Shown here: positions 41,753 through 53,982 of the stretch, one piece after another
How the letters are laid out: every line of letters begins with the position of its first letter
Position numbering within the stretch: position 1 is the first letter of the stretch
Assembly: GCA_963845755.1 (NCBI GenBank)
Contig: CAWJTV010000020.1
Span: forward strand, 320,001 to 384,000
Direction of reading: 5' to 3'
Source: an uncultured Planctomycetota bacterium
GTDB lineage: Bacteria; Planctomycetota; Planctomycetia; Isosphaerales; Isosphaeraceae
Length of the DNA stretch: 64,000 bases
Notes under the pieces: generated by a model
Told to the model about the DNA's origin: nothing
The model's database searches: none
What the model saw: only the letters and a program-made list of their open reading frames with translations
Translations under genes and position numbers: made by a program

Positions 41753-44575
41753 ATGCCTGCGTATCATCCCCAGCGTATCGAGCCCAAGTGGCAGGCCGAG
41801 TGGGAGCGGAGCAAGATGTTCCGCGCGGTGGACCTCGACACGTCTCGTCCCAAACTCTATGTCCTGGATATGTTCCCCTACCCAAGCGGGGCTGGGCTGC
41901 ACGTCGGACACCCGGAGGGGTACACCGCGACCGACATCGTCTGCCGTTACAAGCGGATGCGGGGATACAACGTCCTCCATCCGATGGGTTGGGACGCCTT
42001 CGGCCTTCCCGCCGAACAATACGCCGTCGAGAAGAACATCCACCCGAGGGTTACGACTCAAGAGAACATCAATAACTTCCGGCGGCAGATCAAGTCGCTC
42101 GGGTTCTCTTACGATTGGGACCGCGAAGTCGATACCACCGATCCGCACTACTACAAGTGGACCCAGTGGATCTTCCTGCTGCTCCATGACACCTGGTATG
42201 ACCTGGTTTCCACCTGGACGGACGTCAAAGGCCGCCCACGCCAGGGCAGGGGCCGTCCGATCGCCGAGTTGCCCATCCCGGAGGGGACGACCGATCCCGA
42301 TGCCTATCGGGATGCGCGACGGCTGGCCTATCGGGCCGAGGTGCCCGTCAACTGGTGCCCGGAGCTGGGAACGGTGCTGGCCAACGAAGAAGTCATTGAT
42401 GGGAAAAGCGAGCGCGGCGGGCATCCGGTCGTGCGCATGCCCTTGACGCAATGGATGCTGCGCATCACGACCTACGCCGATCGACTCGTCGAGGATCTGG
42501 ATGACCTGGATTGGCCTCGCGCGATCAAGGAGATGCAGCGCAACTGGGTCGGCCGGAGTGAGGGGGCCGAGGTCGATTTCTTGATCGACGACCGGACTAC
42601 GCGCGACATAATGGCGGACGGACTGCGCCCGTGGTCCAATCCGCCAAACGCCGATGTGATCCGCGTCTACACAACCCGTCCCGATACGTTGTTCGGCGCC
42701 ACCTACATGGTCCTCTCGCCCGAGCACCCGCTCGTCGATCGGCTGACGACGTCGCCGCAAAGGGATGCCGTCGCCACCTATCGGACGCAGGCCGCCCGCA
42801 AGAGCGACCTGGACCGAACGGACCTCGCCAAGACCAAGACGGGCGTGTTCACGGGCGGTTATGCGATCAATCCGGTCAACGGCGAGTTGATCCCGGTTTG
42901 GATCGCCGACTACGTCTTGATGGGTTATGGCACCGGCGCCATCATGGCCGTGCCCGGTCACGACGAGCGGGACTTCGAATTTGCCGAAGCGTTCAACCTG
43001 CCGATCGTCCGCGTGGTGGCGACGACCCTGGACCGGGCACACGACCCGCTCGCCCAGGCCGAGCCCGAGCCGGGCGTCTCCGTCAATTCCCGGAACGATT
43101 CGATCGCCCTCGACGGCCTGCCCACCGCCGAGGCGAAGACCGCCATCACCGGCTGGCTCGAGGAACGCGGACTCGGCAAGAAGACGGTGAATTACAAGCT
43201 TCGCGACTGGTTATTCTCGCGCGAGCGCTACTGGGGCGAGCCGTTCCCGGTTGTGCTGGATGAGAACGATCGAACTCATGCGTTACCCGTCTCGGAGCTG
43301 CCCGTCCGCCTCCCCGACCTCGAGGACTTCAAGCCGACCGGCAAGCCCGAGCCTCCGTTGAGTAAGGCCAAGGAGTGGGTCCGTTACTCGGACAAGGCGC
43401 GGCGCGAGACCAACACGATGCCCCAGTGGGCCGGCTCGTGCTGGTACTTCCTCCGTTATATCGACCCGAAGAACTCCCAGGTCGCCTGGGACCCGGAGAA
43501 GGAACGCTACTGGATGCCCGTGGACCTCTACGTCGGCGGCGCCGAACATGCCGTGCTCCATCTGCTCTACAGCCGCTTCTGGCACAAGGTCCTCTTCGAC
43601 CGCGGCTATGTGAGCACCGAGGAGCCGTTCCAGAAGCTGGTCAACCAGGGGATGATCCTCGGTGAGGTGGAATACCAGGGCTTCCAGGACGAGTCAGGTC
43701 GCTGGATCTCGAGTGCTCTGGTCGAATCCGACGATCACGGTTACGCGATCAAAGGGACCGGCGACCGTCGTTCAGCCGCACCGATCCGATTGAGTGAGGA
43801 TCAAGTCACCAAGAAGGGCGAAGGCTTCGTGTTCGCCCAGAATCCCGAGATCCGAGTCGACGCCCGGTCTCACAAGATGTCGAAGAGCCGCGGCAACGTG
43901 CTCAGCCCTGACAAGATCGTCAAGGAATACGGAGCCGATAGTTTGAGACTCTACGAGATGTTCATGGGCCCGCTGGAAGCGGTCAAGCCCTGGAGCATGA
44001 AGGGCGTGGAGGGTGTCTATCGCTTCCTCGCCCGTGCCTGGCGGATGGTCGTGGATGCCGAGGCCGACGTGATCCACCTCGACGCCAAAGTCCAGGACAT
44101 CCCGTTGACCCTGGAGCAATCCAAAGTCGTCGCGCGAACGGTCGCGGCGGTCACCGACGACATCGAGGCGCTCCGGTTCAATACGGCGATCAGCCGCTTG
44201 ATGGAATTCACCAACTTCTTCACGGCGCAAGAGGTGCGGCCCAAGTCGGCACTTGAGACGTTTACGCTGTTGCTGGCGCCGATGGCGCCTCACCTGGCCG
44301 AGGAGCTCTGGCAGATCCTCGGCCACGAGCAGACCCTGGCTTACGAGCCCTGGCCCGGCTACGAGTCGGCGCTGCTCAAGGATGAAGAGATCGAGATCCC
44401 GGTACAGGTCAACGGCAAGCTCCGCGGTCGGGTCGTCGTCCCCGCCGATGCGGACGGTGCGCAGATCGAATCGGCCGCCCGTGAGGACTCCAAGATCGCG
44501 GCCATGCTGGAGGGCAAGACGATCCGCAAGGCCGTGGTGGTGCCTGGCAAGCTGGTCAATTTCGTCGTGGGGTGA
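41753..44575 (+). CDS. leuS: Leucyl-tRNA synthetase
   Basis: 'MFPYPSG..LHVGH', 'TTRPDT' editing domain, '[13 protein letters not shown]', 'KMSKS'. Confidence 0.97.
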   Translation: MPAYHPQRIEPKWQAEWERSKMFRAVDLDTSRPKLYVLDMFPYPSGAGLHVGHPEGYTATDIVCRYKRMRGYNVLHPMGWDAFGLPAEQYAVEKNIHPRVTTQENINNFRRQIKSLGFSYDWDREVDTTDPHYYKWTQWIFLLLHDTWYDLVSTWTDVKGRPRQGRGRPIAELPIPEGTTDPDAYRDARRLAYRAEVPVNWCPELGTVLANEEVIDGKSERGGHPVVRMPLTQWMLRITTYADRLVEDLDDLDWPRAIKEMQRNWVGRSEGAEVDFLIDDRTTRDIMADGLRPWSNPPNADVIRVYTTRPDTLFGATYMVLSPEHPLVDRLTTSPQRDAVATYRTQAARKSDLDRTDLAKTKTGVFTGGYAINPVNGELIPVWIADYVLMGYGTGAIMAVPGHDERDFEFAEAFNLPIVRVVATTLDRAHDPLAQAEPEPGVSVNSRNDSIALDGLPTAEAKTAITGWLEERGLGKKTVNYKLRDWLFSRERYWGEPFPVVLDENDRTHALPVSELPVRLPDLEDFKPTGKPEPPLSKAKEWVRYSDKARRETNTMPQWAGSCWYFLRYIDPKNSQVAWDPEKERYWMPVDLYVGGAEHAVLHLLYSRFWHKVLFDRGYVSTEEPFQKLVNQGMILGEVEYQGFQDESGRWISSALVESDDHGYAIKGTGDRRSAAPIRLSEDQVTKKGEGFVFAQNPEIRVDARSHKMSKSRGNVLSPDKIVKEYGADSLRLYEMFMGPLEAVKPWSMKGVEGVYRFLARAWRMVVDAEADVIHLDAKVQDIPLTLEQSKVVARTVAAVTDDIEALRFNTAISRLMEFTNFFTAQEVRPKSALETFTLLLAPMAPHLAEELWQILGHEQTLAYEPWPGYESALLKDEEIEIPVQVNGKLRGRVVVPADADGAQIESAAREDSKIAAMLEGKTIRKAVVVPGKLVNFVVG

Positions 44576-44944
44576 TACGGTCCACAGAGGTGCCTCCAGC
44601 TACCGGCGGCGCGCCGCAGGATGCTGCGCGGACGGGCCGCTTTCCCGCCCGAGTGTGGCGGGTCGCACAGGTACGGATTCGCAGTCGTGAATGGCAGTCG
44701 ATGGCACTTTTTCGAGACCGCGCAATCGCCGATCCCTGGAACCACCAGCCACTTCGGGCGATTCTGGAAACGAGTCGGCCCGCTCCGCGCGCCTGCCACG
44801 TGGTCCAGGGACTCCCGGGAGACGTGGGATTCGCCGACTCGTGCCAAAAAAAGCCTAGATAATGAATCGCTTCACGAGCATTCAGCGAGGAATCCATCGA
44901 CTCATGGAGGCTCCTCAGTGCATGCACTTACGGGCCGGGATCCT

Positions 44945-45018
44945 CGTAGAGACTCACTTTCCGCCGTAGAGACTCACCACTCAGAGTGAGTATCTACGGA
45001 TCGCGGTGAGTATCTACG
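44945..45018. repeat. Four 13-bp repeats, two direct plus two inverted
   Basis: cgtagagactcac at 44945 and 44965; gtgagtatctacg at 44986 and 45006. Confidence 0.8.
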
Positions 45019-45396
45019 GCGAGTACTGTTATGATGCATGCGCTCGGGTGGACTGGCTATCGTTGTCTGGTCGGGTGGATCTGGTCGCGATGATTAACGC
45101 CATTTTAGGCCATTTGGTGAAGCGGGGTGAGACGGGCTTGAAGGGGTGAGGTCCATTCGAGACGACCACGAACCATCGTTGATCCTTGATGCGTTCGGGG
45201 AAGGATGTCGCTGTTGGGCTGAGCCCTGAGAGGGGATGCCCGCCTCCGAGCCGGGCTCTACAATCCGGATGGGGGTGCACCAGGCGCGATGCATCGGGAT
45301 CGATCCCTCTCGGGAGTCACGTTTGCGGCAAACCCGGCGCCGGGTAGAATCATGATATCGACCCGATTTCGAGCAACTCGAGCCGCCGAGGGAATC

Positions 45397-47330
45397 ATGA
45401 GGTTATCTTTGCTCCTCGGTGTGGCCCTCACTCTCTTTGCCGGGACGCGCGGGCAGGCCGGTGATGAGCCGGTCATGGGTGGCAAGACGGCCGCCCAATG
45501 GATCGCGATCTTTCAGGACAAGAACCGTTCCTGGGTCGAGCGACGGCAAGCCGTAGAGGCGATCGGCTACCTCGGCCTGGCGGCCAGGAGTGCCGTCCCC
45601 TGCCTGATCCAGGCCATCGATCCTACGAAGACCGGCGACGCGAAGCTCGATAGGACCAACGACTCGCTACGCCATGATGCCATTGAGGCTCTGGGCCGGA
45701 TCGGCCCTGTGGCTGCTGAGGCCATACCGAAGCTCTTTCCCAAGACGGGAGATGGGAGATTGCTCGCCATCCGGACTTGGGAGTGGTTCGATTCGGGTAT
45801 GTCCAGGGCGTTGGGTCGGATTGGTCGGCCGGCTGTACGGGCCTTGATCAATGCGTTGCAAGGCGAAAACCCCGAATTGAGAATCTTCGCCCTCTGGACC
45901 TTGGGAGAGATAGGGGATGAGGCGGAGGCGGCGGTGCCGGCCCTGATCGCCGCGCTCGATGACCCATCCATCGGGCCCTCCGCGATGGGGGCCTTGGTCC
46001 GGATCGGTCCGGCGGCCGCACCGGCGATCCCTGCTCTCGAAGCCAAGTTCAAGCGAGGGGAATTGGGATCCGACGATTTCACCGGCGCTCTTCAAAGAAT
46101 CGGCAGGGCTGGGGTGCCCCTCCTTGTCCAGAGCTTTCAGGAAGAAGCGAGAAGTTACGTCCGACCCGATGACGACAGCGGTCCGGGTGTGGAAGCGTTT
46201 CTGCAACTCGGCACGGAGGCTCGCGAGGCCGCTCCCGCGCTGCTTCCCTACCTGACAGACAAGCATCCGATGATTCGAGCAGCAGCCGCGGTCGCACTGG
46301 GAGCCGTCGCACCGGACACTCCCGGAGTCGTCCCGGCGTTGATCGAGATCCTGAAGTACCCGTCACCCGATCCCAAGAACGCCATTGGAGGCACGCCCGA
46401 GCAACTTACCAAGAAGGAGTTTGGACTGGAGGCCGCGCTCGCCCTCGGCTGGATCGGACCCACCGCGAGCAGCGCCCTGCCGGCCTTGCTCGAAAACCTG
46501 AAAGAGCAGGAAGCAGATGAGGCGTCATTCTGGAACCGGGATTGGAAACCGATTCCGGGCCTGATCGGAATCATGATCCGGATCGATCCCGGGAGTAAGC
46601 TGGTTATTCCTCCACTTCTACGAGCCATCCGGCAGGGCGATGGGACTGCGATGCTGGAAGCGACGATGCTCGAGCCGATCCCGAAGATCGTGCTCAAAGC
46701 TCTCAACGAGGCTGCGGATGCCGAGGATGCGGATGTTGGGAACATCTCTATCTCTATGTCTCTGGTTGCCCATCGAATCGGGTCGGCTGCTGCGCCGCGG
46801 TCCCAGCCCTGATTGACTCATTGGATGACGAGGAGTTTGGAGGTTCTGCGGCTGAGGCTCTCGGCGCAATCGGCTCAGCCGCCAAGGAAGCAATCCCTGC
46901 GCTGGAACGCAAGCTGAAAGCCAAGGAACGCCCATGGATTCGGGCACTGATAGCGCTTCTGCAGATCGACCCGACGAACCGGGCGGCTAATGAGTTCCTC
47001 GCGAAGGAGGCCGACACCCTGCCCTGGCAGTCTCGCGCGATCCTGGCCGGTACGCGCGGCAAGTGGAGTCCGGAGGGGGACGCCCTGACTCGCGAAATGC
47101 TGTTCAAAATGAGTAGGCGAAATCTCTATAGCTCATATGACTATTACAGCCCAGGGTTATGTGACCCATATTGTGGTATCTCTTGGGTAGCCCAATATGG
47201 CCCCGGTGCCAAGGCGGCGGTTCCGGTGCTAAAGAAGCTGCTCACATACCGCGACCGATTCGTCCGCCGCTGGGCCGCCGATGCTCTCCGTCGAATCCAA
47301 GGGGCGGCAAGTGCCCCGGCCCCTTATTGA
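45397..47330 (+). CDS. Secreted HEAT-repeat protein, frameshift near 46797
   Basis: Signal peptide; many 'ALGxIGPxAxxAVPAL' units; a one-base fix gives 'AAPAVPALIDSLDDEE'. Confidence 0.85.
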
Positions 47331-47412
47331 GAAAGTCACTCAACCCGACCATTGAGGCCGGAACCTTTGTCATGATCTCTTTACCAAGACATTCTTCGTT
47401 TCTCCGATCTTC

Positions 47413-47442
47413 ACTGCCTACCGCCTACTGCCTACTGCCTAC
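47413..47442. repeat. Heptamer tandem repeat (CTGCCTA)x4
   Basis: ctgccta ccgccta ctgccta ctgccta. Confidence 0.8.
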
Positions 47443-47466
47443 CCGGAAGGCCGGAGGCCGAAAGAG

Positions 47467-50347
47467 ATGACTCGGTCACGCTATCTCGTCGGGATCGACC
47501 TGGGGACGACCAACTGCGCGGTCGCGTATGTCGACACGCACGGCCGGGAGCGGCCGTCGGCCGATATCCGCGACTTTCCCGTGCCGCAGCTCGTCGCCCC
47601 GGGCGAGACCGCGCCCGCGCAATGCTCCCGTCGTTCCTCTATTTGCCCGGCGAACATGAGCTGCCTCCGGGAGCATCCAGGCTGCCCTGGAATGAAGGCT
47701 CGGACCAGATCGTCGGCGAGTTTGCCCGATTTCAGGGTGCGAAGGTGCCCAGCCGGCTGGTCAGCAGCGCCAAGAGCTGGCTCTGTCATGCCGGGATCGA
47801 CCGCGAGGCGGACATCTTGCCGTGGGGAAGTCCGCCGGAGATCAAGAAGGTCTCGCCGGTCGAGGCATCGGCCGCCTACCTCCGGCATATCCGCGACGCG
47901 TGGAATGATGCGTTCGCGAAGAAGGACGAATCGCATCGACTCGAGCAACAAGAGGTCGTGCTCACCGTGCCCGCGTCTTTCGACGAGGCGGCTCGGGAGT
48001 TGACGCTCGAGGCTGCCAAGCGGGCTCAATTGACATCGATCACCCTGCTGGAGGAGCCTCAGGCGGCGTTCTACTGCTGGATCGTCACGCACAAGGACCG
48101 ATGGCAGCGCGAAGTCCGGGCCGGCGAGCTAATCCTCGTCTGCGACATCGGCGGCGGGACGACCGACTTCAGCTTGATCACCGTCATCGAGACACCCACT
48201 GGGCCGGGATTCCGCCGGGTCGCCGTTGGTGACCACTTGATGCTCGGCGGCGACAACATCGACCTGGCCCTGGCGCATCATGTTGAGAAGAAGCTCGGCG
48301 GAGCCCGGCTGGATACCGAGCAGTGGAGTGCCCTCCGGTTCGCCTGTCGGACGGCCAAGGAGAAGCTCCTCGGCGAGCAGCAGCCGGCGCTCGAGCGCTG
48401 GCCGGTCACCATCGCCGGGCGAGGCTCGCGGATCATCGGTGGCAGTATCCAGTCGGAACTGACGCACACCGAGGTCACGGCGATCGCGCTGGACGGCTTC
48501 TTCCCGAGGGTCTCTCGCGGTGAAGACCCCCATCGCACCGCGAAACTCGGCCTTCAGGAGTTCGGATTGCCGTTCGTGGCCGATCCGGCCGTGCCCAAGC
48601 ATCTCGGCTACTTCCTCCGCCGTCATCGGGCCGAGGCCATCGAGCCCGAAGGGCACCATCCCGAAGACCGGCCCGCCCGACCCGACGCGATCCTCTTCAA
48701 TGGCGGCGCCCTCACCCCGAATGTCGTCCGCGGGCGAATCGTCAACGTGATCTCGTCCTGGTTCGAGGACGATCCCGAGGCGAACTACACGCCCCGAGTG
48801 CTGACGAATCCCTCGCTCGATCTGGCGGTCGCGCAGGGGGCCGCGTATTACGGAGTGGTCCGCCGGGGCGGCGGGATCCGGATCGGCGGCGGGACCGCGC
48901 GATCGTTCTACGTCGGGTTCGAGACGTCGGCGACGGATCTTCCCTGGCTCTGCGTCGTTCCCCGTGCTGCCCAGGAAGGAGAAGAGATCGCGATCACGGG
49001 CCATGACTTCGACCTCTTGATGGGCCAGCCCGTCGTCTTCCCCCTGGCCAGCAGCTCGGTCCGCCCGGACGACAAGCCGGGCGACCTGCTCCGTGCCGAT
49101 CCGGATTCGATTCGCGTGCTCCCTCCGCTCCAGAGCCTGATGCGCGTGGGCCGGAAGGCGAAGGCCGAGCGCGCTCCTGTCAGCCTCGCGGCGCGTGTCA
49201 CCGAGGTGGGGACAGTCGAGCTCTGGTGCCAGTCGCGGACCGACGACCGCCGCTGGCGGCTCCAGATCCAGCTCCGTGGCCCGGCCGGACAGCCCGCTCC
49301 GCGTGGACCCGTCACCGGTGGCGATTCCGATCGGGTGGTGATCGAGCAATCCGTAATCGATGCCGCCATCGTGGCGGTCCGTACGGCCTTCGAGGGCGGT
49401 GCGACATCGTCGGGTGACCCAAACGGCCCCGCGCCAGTTTGGTCAAGCGCCTCGAAGACGTGCTCGAGGCACCTCGCGACCAGTGGCCGCCGTCGGCGCT
49501 CCGCGCCCTGTGGGATCCCCTTCGCGACCTGGCCGATCATCGGCTCAAGAGTCCGCAGCACGAATCCCGATGGTTCAACCTCGCCGGGTTCGTCCTCCGG
49601 CCTGGTCGGGGATTCCCGCTCGATGAAGTCAGGATCAAGGCCCTCTGGCCGTATTTTCATCAGGGTGTCCGCTATACCAAGGAGGTCCAGTGCTGGGCCG
49701 AGTGGTGGATCCTCTGGAGGCGGGTGGCTTCCGGGCTCTCGCGGCCCCATCACGAGGAGATCTATCGACGACTGGCTCCATTCCTCGTTCCCGTCAAGGG
49801 TTCGAGTCCGTCGAAGAAAGCCGGTCGGTCCAAGCCCGAACCTCACGAGGTGGCCGAGATGTGGCGATGCGCCGCCAGTCTGGAGCGATTGACTCCCGAA
49901 GCCAAGGAATCCCTGGGAAATGGCCTGCTCAAAGAGACCAGGCAGGCCTCACTGCCGGGTTATGTCCTATGGTCGATGGGCCGGCTCGGTGCCCGCGTGC
50001 CCCTCTATGGACCGGCGAATACCGTCATCCGCAAGGAGACGAGCGAGCACTGGATCACGGTCCTTCTCGGTCGCGCTTTCAGCCCAGGTCGAGAGACCGG
50101 CGATGCGATCTTCGCCCTCTGCCAACTGGCCCGAGTGGCCAACGATCGGGCTCGTGATATCGACGAGACGTTGCGATCCAAGGTTTTGGATCGCCTGAGC
50201 GTGCTTGGGGCCGACGAGACGGCCTTGCGTCCCGTGCGGGAGTATCACGAGCTGGAATCGGAGCAGCAGGGCCAGGCACTTGGGGACGCGCTGCCGATCG
50301 GCCTGCGATTACTCAGCGATGCCGGCGCAGGAACAACTTCTGCTTGA
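47467..50347 (+). CDS. Hsp70-family protein with DUF3731-like C-terminal domain; frameshifts near 47615 and 49435
   Basis: 'GIDLGTTN', 'LTVPASFD', 'LEEPQAA', 'DIGGGTTD'; C-terminal 'WFNLAGFVLRPG', 'WWILWRRV..GL', 'GARVPLYGP', 'GDALPIGLRL'. Confidence 0.85.
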
Positions 50348-50401
50348 TCGCCCTCGTTGGACTCCTGTCGTGTCTCTCGAATGCTCGCGAACGCGTCCCG
50401 G

Positions 50402-52484
50402 TCACTTCATGTCGGTGCTCAGCCGGATGGCGGAGTCGGCTCCCGGATTCCCGAAAGTGATCGGGACATTCCAGCGGTAGTTGACGATCTTGCAGAGGTT
50501 CGAGGTTTCGCTGCAAACAAAGGTCTGCAAGGAGACTCGCAATTCCAAGGAATCCCCAGCGGCAGCGTCCTTGGCGAGGGGCACGGTGATCGGGAATTCG
50601 GTCGTGGGCGGCTGGATCGTCCCTCCCTCGGCCGGGACCTCCGGCGCAAGGATACCGGTCTTGCCCGGCGTCTCGACGAGGTAGGCCATTGCCACCTCCT
50701 CGTTGAGCTTATCGCCCTTCGGCAGCGGAATCGCGACGGCGAGCTTGATCGTTTTCCCCGCGGGTACCTCGACCGACGGAACCGACATTACCTTGGCCCG
50801 CGCGAAACTCGGCGCGTGGCGAGCCGGGCGAGGCGGCGATAATCCGGCGAGGGTCAGCGTCTTGACCGTGTTGGTCTTCAAGTCAACGACGCGGACCTTA
50901 TTGTTGTTGGTGTCGGCGACATAGAGGTTCGATCCGGCGACACTCAGTCCGCCCGGCTCGAAGAACCGCGGCGGATCGTCGCTCTGGCCCGGCTCGTGCG
51001 CACCGACGAGTGCCTTGACCTCTTGCGTCCGCGGGTTGCAGACCTTGACTCGATTGTTATACGTATCCGCGACGTAAAGGTGGCCGTCGCCGAACGCCAG
51101 CCCGAGGCAATGCTGGAGCCGGACGTGGGAGCCCTGACCGTCGCGATCATCGTAATCGAAGAGACCGGTACCCACCACGGTTCGCACCACAGGGTTCTTC
51201 TTGAGGATCCCCGTGATGGCGCGAATGCCCGAGACCTCCGAGTCGGCCACGTAGAGGGTTTCCCCATCGGTCGCCAGCCCGCTGGGCTGGGCGAACCGGG
51301 CGGACTCGGGGCGGCCGTCCAGGATGTTCTCGATTCCCGACCCCGCGAACACGCCGATCGTGTCCGTCTCGAGGTTGAGTTTCCAGATCTGGTGAGGGCC
51401 GGCCATCGCGATGTAGAGCGCCTTCTCGCCCGGCAGCCGGATGACGTCCCATGGGCTGCTCAACGCAGTCTGCTTTCCCGGGCGGGAGAAATGAATATCA
51501 TGGATCCGAGGTGACTGCGTGCCGATCCCCGCGATCGTGGAGACCGTTCTTGCCTTCAGATCGACGGCCCGGATGGCGTGGTTTTCGGTGTCGGCGATGT
51601 AGAGGATTCCGCCGTCGAGGAAAATGCCCTGGGGCCGGTTGAATCGGGCCTTCTCGTAAGGACCGTCCTTGAAGCCCTCTTCGCCATCACCGATCACCAA
51701 CGGATTGGCGCACTTCCAGGTCCGTCTGGATGATCCGGTTATGGCCGGTATCGGAGATGAATAGGCGATTGCCGGAAGGATCCGCGTGGACCTTGCCGGG
51801 GAACAGCAGCGGGTCGTTCGAGGCCCGCTCCATCTCCGGGCTGAACTTCAGCGGTGTCAGGTTCAGCTCCCCCTTGGCCTTATGTTTCTCGACGAGCTGG
51901 CCGATGGCCTTGTCGAAGACATCGAAGTGCCCCTCGCCGCTCATCATGCCCACGAATCGGCCGGTCGCGTCGATCAAGGCCAGCGTCGGCCAGCCCTGCA
52001 CGCCGAACCGCTGCCAGATCACCTGGTTGGCATCGTTGACCACGGGATGCTTGATGCGGTACTCGCGGACCTTCCGGCGGATATTCTCGGTGTCGCGCTC
52101 AGCCTCGAACTTGGCGGTATGGACCCCGATGACGACGAGCTCGTTCGGGTACTTCTCCTCGAGCTTGGCCAGATCAGGCAGGACATGATGGCAATTAATG
52201 CAGCAGAACGTCCAGAAATCGAGGAGCACGATCTTCCCGCGCAGCTCGGAGAGGTCGATGGGGCCGCTATTGATCCAGCCCGTGCCGCCGCTGAGACTCG
52301 GCCCCTCTCCCTGCTCGTATGATGCAAGTTTCACCTGCGGCCCGGCTCCGAAATCCTGTTGGGTGAGGAGGGCCCGATCGACGCCCGGCCCGTAGACGCC
52401 CACCAGGTAGTAGATGAGTGCGAAAACAGCGGCGGCGCTCACGCCCGCCAATGACCATCGCGTCCAGGAGCGAGTGGAATTCAT
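50402..52484 (-). CDS. Thioredoxin-like + NHL beta-propeller protein (NHLRC2/SOQ1-like), frameshift near 51705
   Basis: N-terminal TM; 'DFWTFCCINC'; NHL repeats 'LYIADTENHAIR', 'FAQPSGL', 'LQHCLGL'; C-terminal 'FVCSE..NLC' domain. Confidence 0.85.
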
Positions 52485-52822
52485 GCCAGCGACCTTTCGT
52501 GGTGGCGGATCTCTGCCATTCGACCGCACGGCGATGCCGTGAATCCCCATCGCAACATTGTAAACAACCCACGTCCGTTCGACAGTACCTTTCGAGATTC
52601 GAGCCAATACGGTCTCGCAGAATCGGATCGGGCGCGCGCATTCCTCGAAACATCGGATCGCCGAACCTAGCCTCGCCGTCGGCAGGTTGTTAAGATCGTA
52701 GATGACGCCAATTGACACGAGAGGCCGCATCCGCGGCGCGACGAAACGATGCGTGAGTGATATTCGCTCAGGTTCGGGGCGATCCAACCAACATCGGATT
52801 CAGCGGAGCGACCACCGTGGGC

Positions 52823-53869
52823 ATGGATAAATCCCTGATCTGCAACGATGACTCGTCGAAGAAGACCGACCCGTACGGCGAGCTGAAAGTGTTCGCGGGC
52901 AGTTCCGGCCAGCATCTCGGCCAGGCCATATGCAACCGCCTGGGGATGAGCCTCGCCCGGTCGGAGACGAAGGTGTTCAGCGAAGGCAACGTCTTCGTCC
53001 GCGTGCTGGAGAACGTGCGCGGCCGCGACGTGTTCATCGTTCAAGGCATCGATTATCCGGTCAACGATAACTTCGTCGAGCTCCTGTTCTGGATCGATGC
53101 GTTCAAGCGGGCCAGCGCCACCCAGGTCACCGTGGTCATCCCGTATTTCTCCTATGCCAAGGGAGACAAGAAAGACGAGCCGCGGGTCTCGATCCGGGCC
53201 CGAGTGTGCGCGGATTGCATCGAGGCGGCCGGGGCCGATCGCGTCCTGACCATGGATTTGCACAGTCCCCAGATCCAGGGATTCTTCAAGATCCCCGTCG
53301 ACCACCTCTACGCGATGCCAGTGCTCGTCGAATACTTCCGAGCCAAGCGGATTCCCGACCTGGTCGTGGCGGCGCCCGACGTGGGGTTCGGCAAGCAGGC
53401 GCACAAGTTCGGTGAGATGATGAATGCGCCGGTGGTCTTCGGGAACAAGACGCGGCGGGGCCATGACGAGAAGGCGGAGATGCTCGACATCGTCGGGCAG
53501 GTTCATGGGAAGAACGTCCTGATCGTGGACGATTTCACCATCTCCGGCGGGACGCTCTGTGAGATGGCCGTGGCCTGCAAGCAGCTCGGCGCCAAGGACG
53601 TCTATGCCTGCGTCTCTCACGGCGTGTTCTCCAAGGGATCCGCGGCGAAGATCGCTCGTAGTCCGATCAAGGAGCTCGTACTCACCGACACGATCGAGCA
53701 TCGCTTCGAGCCGCTTGCGCCCTGTTGCAAGGTCGTGAGCATCGCCAGCCCCTTCGCCGACGCGATCATTTCCATCCATCGCCGCGAGAGCGTCAGCCGC
53801 CTCTTCCACTACTGGGAGAGCGAGCCGGCTCCATCCCCATTGCCCCAGCGCTTCCCCGGCGAGGATTAG
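52823..53869 (+). CDS. prs: Ribose-phosphate pyrophosphokinase
   Basis: 'ENVRGRDVFIVQ', 'VIPYFSYA', 'MDLHSPQIQGFF', 'APDVG', 'LIVDDFTISGGTL'. Confidence 0.93.
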   Translation: MDKSLICNDDSSKKTDPYGELKVFAGSSGQHLGQAICNRLGMSLARSETKVFSEGNVFVRVLENVRGRDVFIVQGIDYPVNDNFVELLFWIDAFKRASATQVTVVIPYFSYAKGDKKDEPRVSIRARVCADCIEAAGADRVLTMDLHSPQIQGFFKIPVDHLYAMPVLVEYFRAKRIPDLVVAAPDVGFGKQAHKFGEMMNAPVVFGNKTRRGHDEKAEMLDIVGQVHGKNVLIVDDFTISGGTLCEMAVACKQLGAKDVYACVSHGVFSKGSAAKIARSPIKELVLTDTIEHRFEPLAPCCKVVSIASPFADAIISIHRRESVSRLFHYWESEPAPSPLPQRFPGED

Positions 53870-53982
53870 GGCGTTTGCACGCCGATCGGTCTCGTTGACT
53901 TCCTCTCCGCTCGTGCCTAGCATGATGATTGACTTTCGTGTTACGCCGTGCGCGGATCGATTCCACCCGGAGAGGCAGGCAC

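Noticed and set aside
44945..45018. CRISPR array
   Set aside because: Repeats are 13 bp with 7-8 bp gaps and mixed orientation; no cas genes
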